A stretch of 19,513 nucleotides of DNA from Acaryochloris thomasi RCC1774 (GCF_003231495.1 NZ_PQWO01000043.1:1-19513), one strand, 5' to 3'; counted from the stretch's first letter, positions 1-8,411 are shown. Program-made: numbers and translations. Notes: a model not told the origin generated them from the letters alone.

Positions 1-73
1 CGCGCTACGCATATACATTAGGACTTTTTCCAAAAGCAGCATCAACACAATCTCAAAAGGTCTCAAACGCTCC

Positions 74-726
74 CTAGCGCTGCTTTATCCAATTTTTGAG
101 CACAAAACACCACCGCTCTATCTTGTTGAGGTCGGGTGAATAGGGCGGCAGATACCAAATCTTACAGCCTGCCTCAGTGACTATTTCTTCAATTGCTTGG
201 CCTTTATGAAAGCTAGCCTTATCAATGACGATGATATCTCTACGGTTCAACTGCGGCAGCAGACATTCCTGCGCCACATCTCGAATAGAGAGCGGTTGCA
301 GGAGCAACAGAACGTCATTGGTGCAAACAGTTTGCGGCTCTTGAGCGCTGAGATAAAATTGACTTGCTCAGTTCGTTGCCATAGAGGTAGTCATCTCGAT
401 TATTAATACCAGCTTCATCTACATAGGCGATCCTGACGAGGCTGTTTCGTTTGCAAGCGTTCTATAAGGGCTTGGTGTTGTTCTGCATCTCGTTCTTGAT
501 AACCATAGGTCTTTTTTTTCGAGTAAAGCCGATCTTATTGAGGGCATCGCTGATAGTTTGTGATGGCCTGACAGTCACCCATAGACTCTGCTCGCTCAAG
601 TCATAGGTGTAGGGTGTTGCGACTGATATTGAGCATGCGATACACGTCTACTTTGCGTTGACCGCTGTTGACGGCATCAATAGCTTTGCTGTGAAGGTCA
701 TAGCCGTAAGGAGATGGCATTGGCAT
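74..726 (-). mobile_element. IS630/Tc1-family transposase remnant, decayed by multiple frameshifts, stops and an internal deletion
   Basis: The intact C-terminal ORF (74-307) reads ...IIVIDKASFHKG...YLPPYSPDLNKIE, with 34 residues between the D and the E, as in the IS630/Tc1 DD34E/35E triad. Upstream on the minus strand, other frames give MPMPSPYGYDLHSKAIDAVNSGQRKVDVYRMLNISRNTLHL* from the ATG at 726, then TISDALNKIGFTRKK, YVDEAGINNRDDY and LFAPMTF..CNRSLFEMW. These are IS630-like segments separated by stops and frame changes. The element is about 650 bp, against roughly 1.1 kb for an intact one. Confidence 0.8.
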
Positions 727-858
727 CTCGTCCTCTTAATCTCCAAAACAGTACCAACATAAATTCGTGCTGCTATATATGCTCATGACCGTCGCGATTT
801 ATGGTGATGATCGTATGGTGCAAGAAAGAAATCAGAAGCGCTAGCAAAGGGAAGATTC

Positions 859-1752
859 ATGGGGAAAAAACGAATGCGATACCAGTGGTATCAAGATGTG
901 CCACGCCATGTCTCGCGCCAAGATTATCAGCGGCTTCAGCTTCGCAATTTCTCTTCTCTTGGGCTGGGTTTCGTTGCAGTAGCTATGGCATTGTCTTCAA
1001 TATTTGGGTTGTCTCTGCAGACATCTCAGAACCTGGAGCAAATTGATGGAATGTCGATTGAGAAGGCGATTGCACATGAGGGAGATCCCATCGATCTGAT
1101 TCGACTGGAAGGCTACCTGTTGGCAGATCGTCCGCCAACTATGCCAGACAACAAGAGTCAGACGGTTATTAGAGGTAAGGTTAAGCTTTCTGCTAGAACA
1201 GTCTCAAATTCTGGTTCTGAAGATGCTGGGCCTCCTCAACAACAAGCGCTGTTTGAATGGGAAGAGAATGCAGACCCCGTATTTTTATCTGATGGAGAGC
1301 GCCGGATTCCCCTCAACTTTGACTTGGCGATCTTGCCCATGGAGAGTGATTCGGGTGATTTGTCCCCTCGAATAATTCGTGAGGGCGAGTCTGCGAGAAC
1401 CAGTCGGCCTGTGGCGATTGAGTATGGTGATCAGATTTATGCCCTTCCCCTAGACACTGGGGGGCAAATCGATAGCGTCTTCACCGATTTTGAACGTCAG
1501 ATTTTGCCTCACGGACAAGCGGTCGTTGTTGTTGCAGGTTTGGAGGCAACTCCGCAAGGCAATCAGTTGATTGATCCACTGGGCGATCGCTTACAGGTTC
1601 TCATTGGTACTGAGGCCGGAATTCAGCAGAAAGGACAACAGCTACGCGTCTGGTTTTTTATTCTGGCTATCCCTCTGGGCATTGCCAGTTTCATCGTAGG
1701 GCGATCAGCTAACCAGCTGCGACGAGAGTTTATTGAAAGGTCCAACCAATAG
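859..1752 (+). CDS. Hypothetical membrane protein with an N-terminal and a C-terminal TM helix; possibly GIDE-like
   Basis: 297-aa ORF. The hydrophobic segments are SLGLGFVAVAMALSSIFGLSL near the N-terminus and VWFFILAIPLGIASFIVG near the C-terminus. The middle part (IRLEGYLLADRPP...VFLSDGERRIPLNF) resembles bacterial GIDE-type proteins, but this rests on memory only. Confidence 0.55.
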   Translation: MGKKRMRYQWYQDVPRHVSRQDYQRLQLRNFSSLGLGFVAVAMALSSIFGLSLQTSQNLEQIDGMSIEKAIAHEGDPIDLIRLEGYLLADRPPTMPDNKSQTVIRGKVKLSARTVSNSGSEDAGPPQQQALFEWEENADPVFLSDGERRIPLNFDLAILPMESDSGDLSPRIIREGESARTSRPVAIEYGDQIYALPLDTGGQIDSVFTDFERQILPHGQAVVVVAGLEATPQGNQLIDPLGDRLQVLIGTEAGIQQKGQQLRVWFFILAIPLGIASFIVGRSANQLRREFIERSNQ

Positions 1753-1936
1753 GCAATCTAGCAGTCCCCGGCTGAGTTAGGACAGCCTTTCCTTCGCGCA
1801 GATGGATTTCAGCCATTTTTATGTCCTAATCAATATATGTACCGCTAGATCGATAGATTTTTGTTGCACAAGCATTATGCTTTTCAATAGCTGTGCATCA
1901 ACAGAACCAGTTTCTACTCAACGGGTAACGCAGCCA

Positions 1937-2755
1937 CTAAGCGCGGACTGCAACGCTGTAGCCTGCAAATTTTCGGATATTAATGACGCCCGTATCGAAG
2001 ATTAAATACTGCCCCTTGATGCCCATCAAGGTTCCGCTTACGAGCGGCTCTTTATCAAAATTGAATGACTTGATTTTGTTCGGATATTGATTGACGGGAT
2101 AATGAATTGTGGTGACGTTCGCCTCCAATGGCTGCACTGCATCATCGCCATGATCCAATAGCAGTGATTTTATTGTCTCTTCAATTTGTAGAACAGCATC
2201 ACTAGCTTTCTCCTGTAATGGAATTGAAGCACTGTCACCTTTCAACATCGCTCGCCAATTTGTTCTATCGGCCATGTGTTTCGCTAACTCGACTTCCACT
2301 AATCCAGATATATGCCGGGTCTTGACCCGATATATTGGCAATGCTTCTGTTGCGCCTTGATCAATCCAGCGAGTCGGGATCTGTGATTTACGTGTAATGC
2401 CTACCTTCAAGGCTGATGTGTTTGCAAGGTAAACGATATGATCCACCATGCAATTTTGTTGACCCCATTCTGGCTCTCGACAGGTGCCTTGATGAAAGTG
2501 ACATTGCTCAGGCTTCAAGATGCACATATCGCAAGCGGCAAGGCTCTTCATACAGGGATAGCAGAAGCCTTGCGAATAACTTTTATTGATTTTGCGATCG
2601 CAATTTTTGCAATAGATTTGTCCTAAGAACTCAAGTTCAAGATGCTGTCCGATCAGTGGATTCAAAGCTAGCGACTGTTCTCCGACGGGCAATGCATACT
2701 CGACAACCTCGCTGAGCTTCGTGGTCATTTTGCGCAATGTGCCTTGCATATTCAT
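1937..2755 (-). CDS. DUF2797-family protein with a Cys-rich putative zinc-ribbon region
   Basis: 272-aa ORF with the motifs CKNCDRK...GFCYPCM...CDMCILKPEQCHFHQGTCREPEWG, VYLANTSALKVGITR and PTRWIDQGA, which I recognise as characteristic of DUF2797. Confidence 0.7.
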   Translation of the reverse strand: MNMQGTLRKMTTKLSEVVEYALPVGEQSLALNPLIGQHLELEFLGQIYCKNCDRKINKSYSQGFCYPCMKSLAACDMCILKPEQCHFHQGTCREPEWGQQNCMVDHIVYLANTSALKVGITRKSQIPTRWIDQGATEALPIYRVKTRHISGLVEVELAKHMADRTNWRAMLKGDSASIPLQEKASDAVLQIEETIKSLLLDHGDDAVQPLEANVTTIHYPVNQYPNKIKSFNFDKEPLVSGTLMGIKGQYLIFDTGVINIRKFAGYSVAVRA

Positions 2756-2974
2756 GATGCGGTGGTGTTTTTCTGAAAAATCCTCAGGAAACCGCGAGTG
2801 AGAACTCGGTCGGAGGGTATGGGAGTGTAGTCAATTATTATGCCATCTCCCTTCCTTAGGGATTAGGTCTTGCCATCAATAAGTTGTGGAATGACATTAC
2901 CCATTCTTAGAAGTCTGCCTTTGCGGCTCCACCCGATGCCCCTGCTCAGAAAATCCAATAGTGCTCTAATCTGT

Positions 2975-4168
2975 CTAATTTTGAGCAATCTGGTCGTCTT
3001 GGCAGGTACCCGAAATAGAGAAGGGAGCTGTCTTCGTAAATCTTCCTCTCCGGCCGGGTCTCTGAACTTCTAGGTGTAGATGTGGGCCGGTACTCCAGCC
3101 CGAATTGCCGCTGAAGCCAATCAGCTGACCCGCTTCAACGGAGTCTCCTGCTTTAATTGCGATGCTATCAATAAAATCCTGCTGCAGATGTATATAGGCA
3201 GACCGATAACCATTGTCATGCTCGATCAAGACGTAGTTGAACTTAGCAATTCTATCTTTGCCCCCCCCTGTATCAGGGTATTTGTCCCGGACTGCAATCA
3301 CCTGCCCCGAACGCATTGCATATACGGGCGTCCCAATATCGGCGGCGAAGTCGTAGGCATATTCCATGCGACCTCGGTGCGTCCGACCCCTAATCCCTTG
3401 GCTCAACCAGCCTTTGCCGTTTAAAGGGTGACAGAATCCCTGCAGCGGAGATGAGACGGTTGGCTTATCGTGAAGCGGCTGCTCTACCCGATTCTCTTCT
3501 TGAGAGGACCTAGCTTGTTTAAATGACGTACCCTCGATGTCGGCACCCCCAATTTCCATCAGGTCCATATAGCTAGCTTTGAGTTCGGGGTTGTCCACCT
3601 CTGTTTCGGGATCAACGATGGGAGGAGATACAGAAAGATCACTGTAATGAAGTTTTAGTGAGATCTCATCCTGTGAGATCTCATGCCCATAAGCCACAAC
3701 AGGAGTACTTGATACCAGACGGGTTGCGCCGGGTATCAGAGTCGTAGCGGTTAGTAATACTGTGGTGATAACGTTGCTGCGACGCTGCTCATAGAGTGCT
3801 TGCCGAAGTTGAGTCGGACTGACCCATCCGCGCTGCACCAAAATATCTCCCAACTGAAGACCATTTTGTTTTTGCTCAGTTAAGGCTTGGGTCAGCTGGA
3901 CCTGGCTGATCAGGCCGCGCTGCATCAGGACTTCCCCAATCCGAACTTTCCCCCGCGTAATGTTGCGACGGCGCTGCCCATTGAGGACTTGTTGAAGCTG
4001 AGCCTGACTGACCCAACCCTGCTGCTTACAAATTTCTCCTAACTGAGCACCACTCTGCTTTTGTTCAGCCAAAGCTTGGGTGAGTTGGGACTGATTAATC
4101 AAGCCCCGCTGTAGCATTAGTTCCCCAATACGAATTTTTTCTCGGTTGCGGAAGGATTTTGCGAGCAC
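2975..4168 (-). CDS. M23 (LytM-type) metallopeptidase with two N-terminal MshEN/GspE-N-like modules and a putative TM anchor
   Basis: 397-aa ORF with a GTG start at 4168, preceded by TAGGAG. The C-terminus carries the M23 signatures YAYDFAADIGTPVYAMRSGQV, YRSAYIHL and GNSGWSTGPHLHLEV (HxH). The N-terminus holds two 53-residue modules (aa 13-65 and 76-128). A weakly hydrophobic stretch, VITTVLLTATTLIPGA (aa 133-148), follows. Confidence 0.85.
   Translation of the reverse strand: MLAKSFRNREKIRIGELMLQRGLINQSQLTQALAEQKQSGAQLGEICKQQGWVSQAQLQQVLNGQRRRNITRGKVRIGEVLMQRGLISQVQLTQALTEQKQNGLQLGDILVQRGWVSPTQLRQALYEQRRSNVITTVLLTATTLIPGATRLVSSTPVVAYGHEISQDEISLKLHYSDLSVSPPIVDPETEVDNPELKASYMDLMEIGGADIEGTSFKQARSSQEENRVEQPLHDKPTVSSPLQGFCHPLNGKGWLSQGIRGRTHRGRMEYAYDFAADIGTPVYAMRSGQVIAVRDKYPDTGGGKDRIAKFNYVLIEHDNGYRSAYIHLQQDFIDSIAIKAGDSVEAGQLIGFSGNSGWSTGPHLHLEVQRPGRRGRFTKTAPFSISGTCQDDQIAQN
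3785..4132 (-). repeat. Intragenic tandem duplication (period 63 codons) encoding the two MshEN-like modules
   Basis: RIGELMLQRGLINQSQLTQALAEQKQSGAQLGEICKQQGWVSQAQLQQVLNGQ aligns without gaps to RIGEVLMQRGLISQVQLTQALTEQKQNGLQLGDILVQRGWVSPTQLRQALYEQ. Confidence 0.85.
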
Positions 4169-4409
4169 AAGAGTCTCCTAGATTTCTCGAAATAATGCAG
4201 AGAACGTCGCAGGATCTCTCGTTCGGAGAATGCTGCGGCGCTGGGCCACCCGATGCCTACTGTGAGCTGGAGAAGCAGGGTTAAAAATTGTTCCTTGGCA
4301 ACTTTAGAATCCAAAGGAGTCTAATTGGTTCGTGCCTGGTATTTTAATACTGCCCATTTAGCTATCCAGATTGATCTCCCGCTCAGAAAGGGTTCCGTTG
4401 TCTTGTCTC

Positions 4410-5120
4410 TTAAGCTGCGGGCAAGTCAAACAACAAAAACTCTGCAGGTTGATCGGTGCCTTTAACGATGATTTCCGGGGTGAAATCTGTGATTGCTGCA
4501 CCATCTCCGTTCATTAACGAATGGTCGTCTAACTGTACGCTTCCTCGAGCAATCTGTAGCCAGACGGCCCGACCGGGTTCAATGATGTGTTTAACCTGCT
4601 GTTCCTCGGTCAGTAAGCCTGCGTAGAGATTCACGTCTTGATGAATCGTCACTGAGCCGTGCCGCCCATCCCTTGATCCCACGAGGCGGAGTTGTCCTTG
4701 CCTTTCTGCTGGGGAGATATAGATTTGCTCGTAGCTCGGCTCAATTCCTTGAGTATCGGGCATTAGCCAGATTTGTAAAAAGTGAACGCCCTCAGATTGG
4801 GACGGATTGTATTCACTATGGGAAATTCCGGTCCCGGCAGACATGCGCTGGATATCTCCGGGCCTGATGATCGAGCCGTTGCCGATGTTGTCTTTATGCT
4901 CTAAGGCACCGTTCAGCACGTAGGAAATAATTTCCATGTCGCGGTGGCTGTGGGTCGAAAAGCCTTGAGCCGGATGTACTTTATCTTCGTTGATCACCCG
5001 TAGGGCTGAAAAACCCATGTGGGCCGGGTCAAAATAGTTGCCGAAGGAAAAGGTATGACGGCTATCAAGCCACCCAAAGTTGGCACTGCCTCTCTCGTTG
5101 CCAGGGCGAATGGTAATCAT
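4410..5120 (-). CDS. Pirin-family bicupin protein (YhhW/quercetinase-like)
   Basis: The product starts MITIRPGNERGSANFGWLDSRHTFSFGNYFDP...THSHRDMEIISYVLNGALEHKD..G, a typical pirin N-terminal cupin. I prefer the ATG at 5120, which is preceded by GGAGG, over the longer track ORF that starts at 5174. Confidence 0.85.
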   Translation of the reverse strand: MITIRPGNERGSANFGWLDSRHTFSFGNYFDPAHMGFSALRVINEDKVHPAQGFSTHSHRDMEIISYVLNGALEHKDNIGNGSIIRPGDIQRMSAGTGISHSEYNPSQSEGVHFLQIWLMPDTQGIEPSYEQIYISPAERQGQLRLVGSRDGRHGSVTIHQDVNLYAGLLTEEQQVKHIIEPGRAVWLQIARGSVQLDDHSLMNGDGAAITDFTPEIIVKGTDQPAEFLLFDLPAA

Positions 5121-5185
5121 GGTGTGTAGCCTCCTTATCGCCAGTTGTGTCTTTCGTTTCGGCGATAGATCCATGATAGTTTGAA

Positions 5186-5244
5186 TCTAAAAATAAGACA
5201 ATATACTAAACTATGGACACTCTGTGTCTAAAAATAAGACAATA
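5186..5244. promoter_or_regulatory. Two perfect copies of the 18-mer TCTAAAAATAAGACAATA in the pirin/LysR divergent control region
   Basis: The copies lie at 5186-5203 and 5227-5244, 41 bp apart start to start. Nearby are a TAG-N7-CTA element (5177-5189, T-N11-A type) and a 7-bp inverted repeat, ATAGTTT (5176-5182) / AAACTAT (5208-5214). Confidence 0.5.
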
Positions 5245-6147
5245 GCTGTGGATAAATTTGAAAGTATGCAGGCCTTTACGCAGGTTGTGGAGGCGGGTGG
5301 TTTTGCGGCGGCGGCTAGAGAGGTGGGACTGTCGCGATCGCAAGTGAATAAGCTTGTTGCTAACCTCGAAGTCCATCTGGGTGTTCAGCTACTCCATCGC
5401 ACCACTCGCAAGGTGACGCCTACGGATGCGGGGCGAGCCTATTATGAGCGCTGCATTAATATCCTGGCTGAGCTGGAAGAGGCGGAAACCTCAATTGCCC
5501 GACTGCAGACTGAGGCGAGGGGCACCTTGCGGATTAATGCACCGATGTCCTTTGGTATGAGGCATTTGGGGCGTGCGATCGCAGCTTTTAGTCATCAGCA
5601 TCCACAGCTTCAGGTCGAAGTTACCTTGAGCGATCGCTTCATTGATCCGATTTCAGAAGGCTTTGACGTCACACTCCGAATCTCAGAATATCCCGACGAC
5701 GCCAGTTTAATTTCGCACCTTGTGATGCCAACCCCGAGAGTCCTCTGTGCTGCTCCTCAGTATCTGGCGGAGCGCGGCAATCCCGGTCAACCTAAGCAGC
5801 TTCGAGAGCATTCCTGTCTTCATTACGGACACTTGCCCAGCGCTCATCGTTGGTTTTTACAGGGGCCGGAGGGTGAGGTCGTGGTGTCGATTTCTGGGGC
5901 GCTATGCTCTAACAACGGAGAGGTCCTTCGCAGCGCGGCACTGGAGGGGCTTGGGATTACGCTGTTGCCCACCTTTATCGTGGCGAACGATCTGCAGCAG
6001 GGAGATCTTCGGGTTGTCCTGCCGGAGTATCGTGCCCCTACTCTTTCTTTATACGTTGTATATCCAGTAAATCGGCATCTGTCAGAAAAGGTGAGGTTGC
6101 TTACAGCGTTTATTTGCGATCGCTTTGATACTCATAAGATAAATTGA
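5224..6147 (+). CDS. LysR-family transcriptional regulator, divergent from the pirin gene
   Basis: The N-terminal wHTH reads DKFESMQAFTQVVEAGGFAAAAREVGLSRSQVNKLVANLEVHLGVQLLHRTTRKVTPTDAG, followed by a LysR substrate-binding domain. The track start is the GTG at 5224. The GTG at 5248 (giving MDKFESMQAF) or the ATG at 5266 is more likely, because the second 18-mer repeat lies at 5227-5244. Confidence 0.85.
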   Translation: MSKNKTIAVDKFESMQAFTQVVEAGGFAAAAREVGLSRSQVNKLVANLEVHLGVQLLHRTTRKVTPTDAGRAYYERCINILAELEEAETSIARLQTEARGTLRINAPMSFGMRHLGRAIAAFSHQHPQLQVEVTLSDRFIDPISEGFDVTLRISEYPDDASLISHLVMPTPRVLCAAPQYLAERGNPGQPKQLREHSCLHYGHLPSAHRWFLQGPEGEVVVSISGALCSNNGEVLRSAALEGLGITLLPTFIVANDLQQGDLRVVLPEYRAPTLSLYVVYPVNRHLSEKVRLLTAFICDRFDTHKIN

Positions 6148-6247
6148 TCTAACACTCTATTGAACTTCTGCAGGCATCAGTTTGAAGTCGGGTCAGTCAC
6201 TAAAATAGAGGCTCTACGTTGTCGAACTTACTCTGGACATTGCAAAA

Positions 6248-6796
6248 ATGACTCGTTTCCACATTCCCTCTGTCCTGTCTCAGGTTTTTAATCGTTCCGA
6301 TGATGCTGAGACCGTTTTTTCGGAGTTAATGCCAGTTTTGGGCAGTCTACTGCAGTGCGATCGCATCTTCCTTTACCTGCGTCATCCTGATAGCCGCATG
6401 GGGTGTACTCCCTTTATCTGGCAACAGTCAGAAGAAGTTCCAAGCCTTCCCGATAGCTACAACGCTCAATGGTCTCTTGAAGACCCTCAGCAATTGGAAC
6501 AGCAAGACCCACTATTTGCGGCTGCCCTGACTGGAAAACCCTCCATTTTTATTGAAGACATTGAAGAAGCAGCTAATGACATTATCAACAAAGAGCTTGA
6601 GCACCAGCAGTTTGTTCATCGTGCCTTAGTACATGCCCACTTGTCCCACAATCATCAGCTTTGGGGCATTCTGGAACCCTGCATGTTTGACCAGCCCAGA
6701 ACCTGGACTGCATCTGACCAGGCTTTAATCAACTACACCGTTGCCCAGAGCGAATTGCTGGCCGTCAACTATGTCAAAGAGCACCACGCCCAATAA
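6248..6796 (+). CDS. Stand-alone GAF-domain protein
   Basis: 182-aa ORF. The pattern LGSLLQCDRIFLYLRHPD...HRALVHAHLSHNHQLWGILEPCMFDQPRTWTASDQALI fits a GAF fold. No output domain is present. Confidence 0.55.
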   Translation: MTRFHIPSVLSQVFNRSDDAETVFSELMPVLGSLLQCDRIFLYLRHPDSRMGCTPFIWQQSEEVPSLPDSYNAQWSLEDPQQLEQQDPLFAAALTGKPSIFIEDIEEAANDIINKELEHQQFVHRALVHAHLSHNHQLWGILEPCMFDQPRTWTASDQALINYTVAQSELLAVNYVKEHHAQ

Positions 6797-6947
6797 ACAA
6801 TTCCTAGGGCGTCATCCAAATCAAGTGGAGTCACGAAGGCTGCCCGTCGATTCCTATTGTCATTAGAAGTACGGTGACAAAAACTGTGGCTGTTTTGCCA
6901 TCCTATATCTCTGGGGCTGGGTGTAACAAAGATGGTGCAGTGCTGCT

Positions 6948-8129
6948 TTATCCTTTGACGCAGACCACCTGTCTCAGGGTTGCAACGACCTCAACGAGAT
7001 CGTTCTGATTGGCCATCACCTCTTCAATTGGCTTATAGGCAGCAGGGATTTCATCTAAAATGCCAGCATCCTTGCGGCACTCAATGCCATCCGTTTGTTC
7101 AATCAAGTCATCCAGCGTGAAAGTATGTTTTGCCTTGGTCCGGGACATCAACCGTCCTGCCCCATGGCTGCAGGAACAATAGCTCTCGTGGTTTCCCCTT
7201 CCCTTAACGATGAAGGACTTTGCTCCCATTGACCCCGGAATAATACCGTAATCGGTTGTGCGGGCGCGTACTGCCCCTTTGCGCGTCACATACACTTCTT
7301 CACCAAAGTGTGATTCTCGCTCAGCATAGTTGTGATGACAATTGACCGCCAATTTTGGCTTAAACGGTTTGCCGCCTCCAAGGTGCAGTTCGAGGATTTT
7401 CTTAAAACGGCTCATCATCACATCGCGGTTGAAGCGTGCATAATCTTGTGCCCACTGTAAGTCGTGCCAATACTGCTGAAAGGCATCCGTGCCGGCCACG
7501 AAGGCTGACAAATCTGGATCTGGTAGTTTTTGGTGGGCTAATTTCGCCAAATCCTTTGCTGTGCGGATATGGTTCTGGGCGAGCATATTGCCAATGTTGC
7601 GTGACCCCGAATGCAGCATTAACCAAACATTGTCTTCAGTATCGATACACACTTCAATAAAGTGATTCCCACCGCCGAGAGAGCCCATCTGCTTGAGAGC
7701 CTTCCCTTCTAAATGCTGAACTCCTTTGTGCAGCTCTTTAAATGAATGCCACCCTTGCCAGTTGTATACGGCCTTGTCAATATTTTTATTGGCATCAAAG
7801 CCCACTGGGATAGTCGCTTCAATCTCTTTTCGAATCTTCTTGAGCTTTCCCTCTAATTGATGACTAGAATAGGGCGTTTGAATGGCACACATCCCACAGC
7901 CAATATCGACCCCTACTGCCGCCGGGATAATTGCATCCTGGGTTGCAATGACAGATCCCACCAGCGCCCCTTTGCCCAGGTGGACATCAGACATCAACGC
8001 GACATGCTTGTAGACAAAAGGAAGTGAGGCCACGTTCTTTGCCATCTGGGTTTCACGAGCACCCAGGTCATGGTTGGCCCAAGAGAGAATAGGCTTATTT
8101 GAATTGAGAGAAAGAGATTGAGCAGGCAT
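6948..8129 (-). CDS. rtcB: RNA 3'-phosphate/5'-OH ligase RtcB
   Basis: The 393-aa product is colinear with E. coli RtcB. Shared blocks include MSDVHLGKG, IIPAAVGVDIGCGM, GGGNHFIE, LHSGSRNIGN, CHHNY, GIIPGSMGAKSFIVKG, SCSHGAGRLMSRTKAK and the C-terminal LRQVVCVKG. Confidence 0.95.
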   Translation of the reverse strand: MPAQSLSLNSNKPILSWANHDLGARETQMAKNVASLPFVYKHVALMSDVHLGKGALVGSVIATQDAIIPAAVGVDIGCGMCAIQTPYSSHQLEGKLKKIRKEIEATIPVGFDANKNIDKAVYNWQGWHSFKELHKGVQHLEGKALKQMGSLGGGNHFIEVCIDTEDNVWLMLHSGSRNIGNMLAQNHIRTAKDLAKLAHQKLPDPDLSAFVAGTDAFQQYWHDLQWAQDYARFNRDVMMSRFKKILELHLGGGKPFKPKLAVNCHHNYAERESHFGEEVYVTRKGAVRARTTDYGIIPGSMGAKSFIVKGRGNHESYCSCSHGAGRLMSRTKAKHTFTLDDLIEQTDGIECRKDAGILDEIPAAYKPIEEVMANQNDLVEVVATLRQVVCVKG

Positions 8130-8411
8130 TTACTGTGCTTCTTGGGTACGAATCTTGCGGTTAGGATCTTGTTTGCGAATCCAGGTCAGGAATATCTGCA
8201 TTTGAAGGTCGGCTTGTCACTGTTCAATCGTGCTCAACTCTATTTCTAACGCTTGTTTCGTAAACAGGGAGTGATTGATGACAGGATGCATAAAGATTCG
8301 TGGTTGGACCCAATTTTAGTTTTTTCGTTTGATCTGTTGATGTGAGATCAGATGGTTAACAGTCAGTTTTAAGCAATCACGTTGACAGATGGATATGGGC
8401 AGAGCCGCAAT

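Noticed and set aside
512-519. The A8/T8 run in the IS630 remnant could be a programmed ribosomal frameshift site restoring a full transposase.
   Set aside because: Several additional in-frame stops, at least three other frame changes and an internal deletion remain, so one frameshift cannot restore the protein.
8-783. Putative terminal inverted repeats of the IS630 remnant: GCATATA at 10-16 against TATATGC at 777-783.
   Set aside because: Only 7 bp match, and the similarity does not extend inward. This is too short in AT-rich sequence to define the element ends.
4117-4314. A 65-aa minus-strand ORF overlapping the 5' end of the M23 gene. The small ORFs at 197-406, 801-1046, 1802-2005 and 2870-3073 fall in the same category.
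   Set aside because: They overlap better-supported features or sit in intergenic or IS debris, they show no motifs, and they lack convincing ribosome-binding sites.
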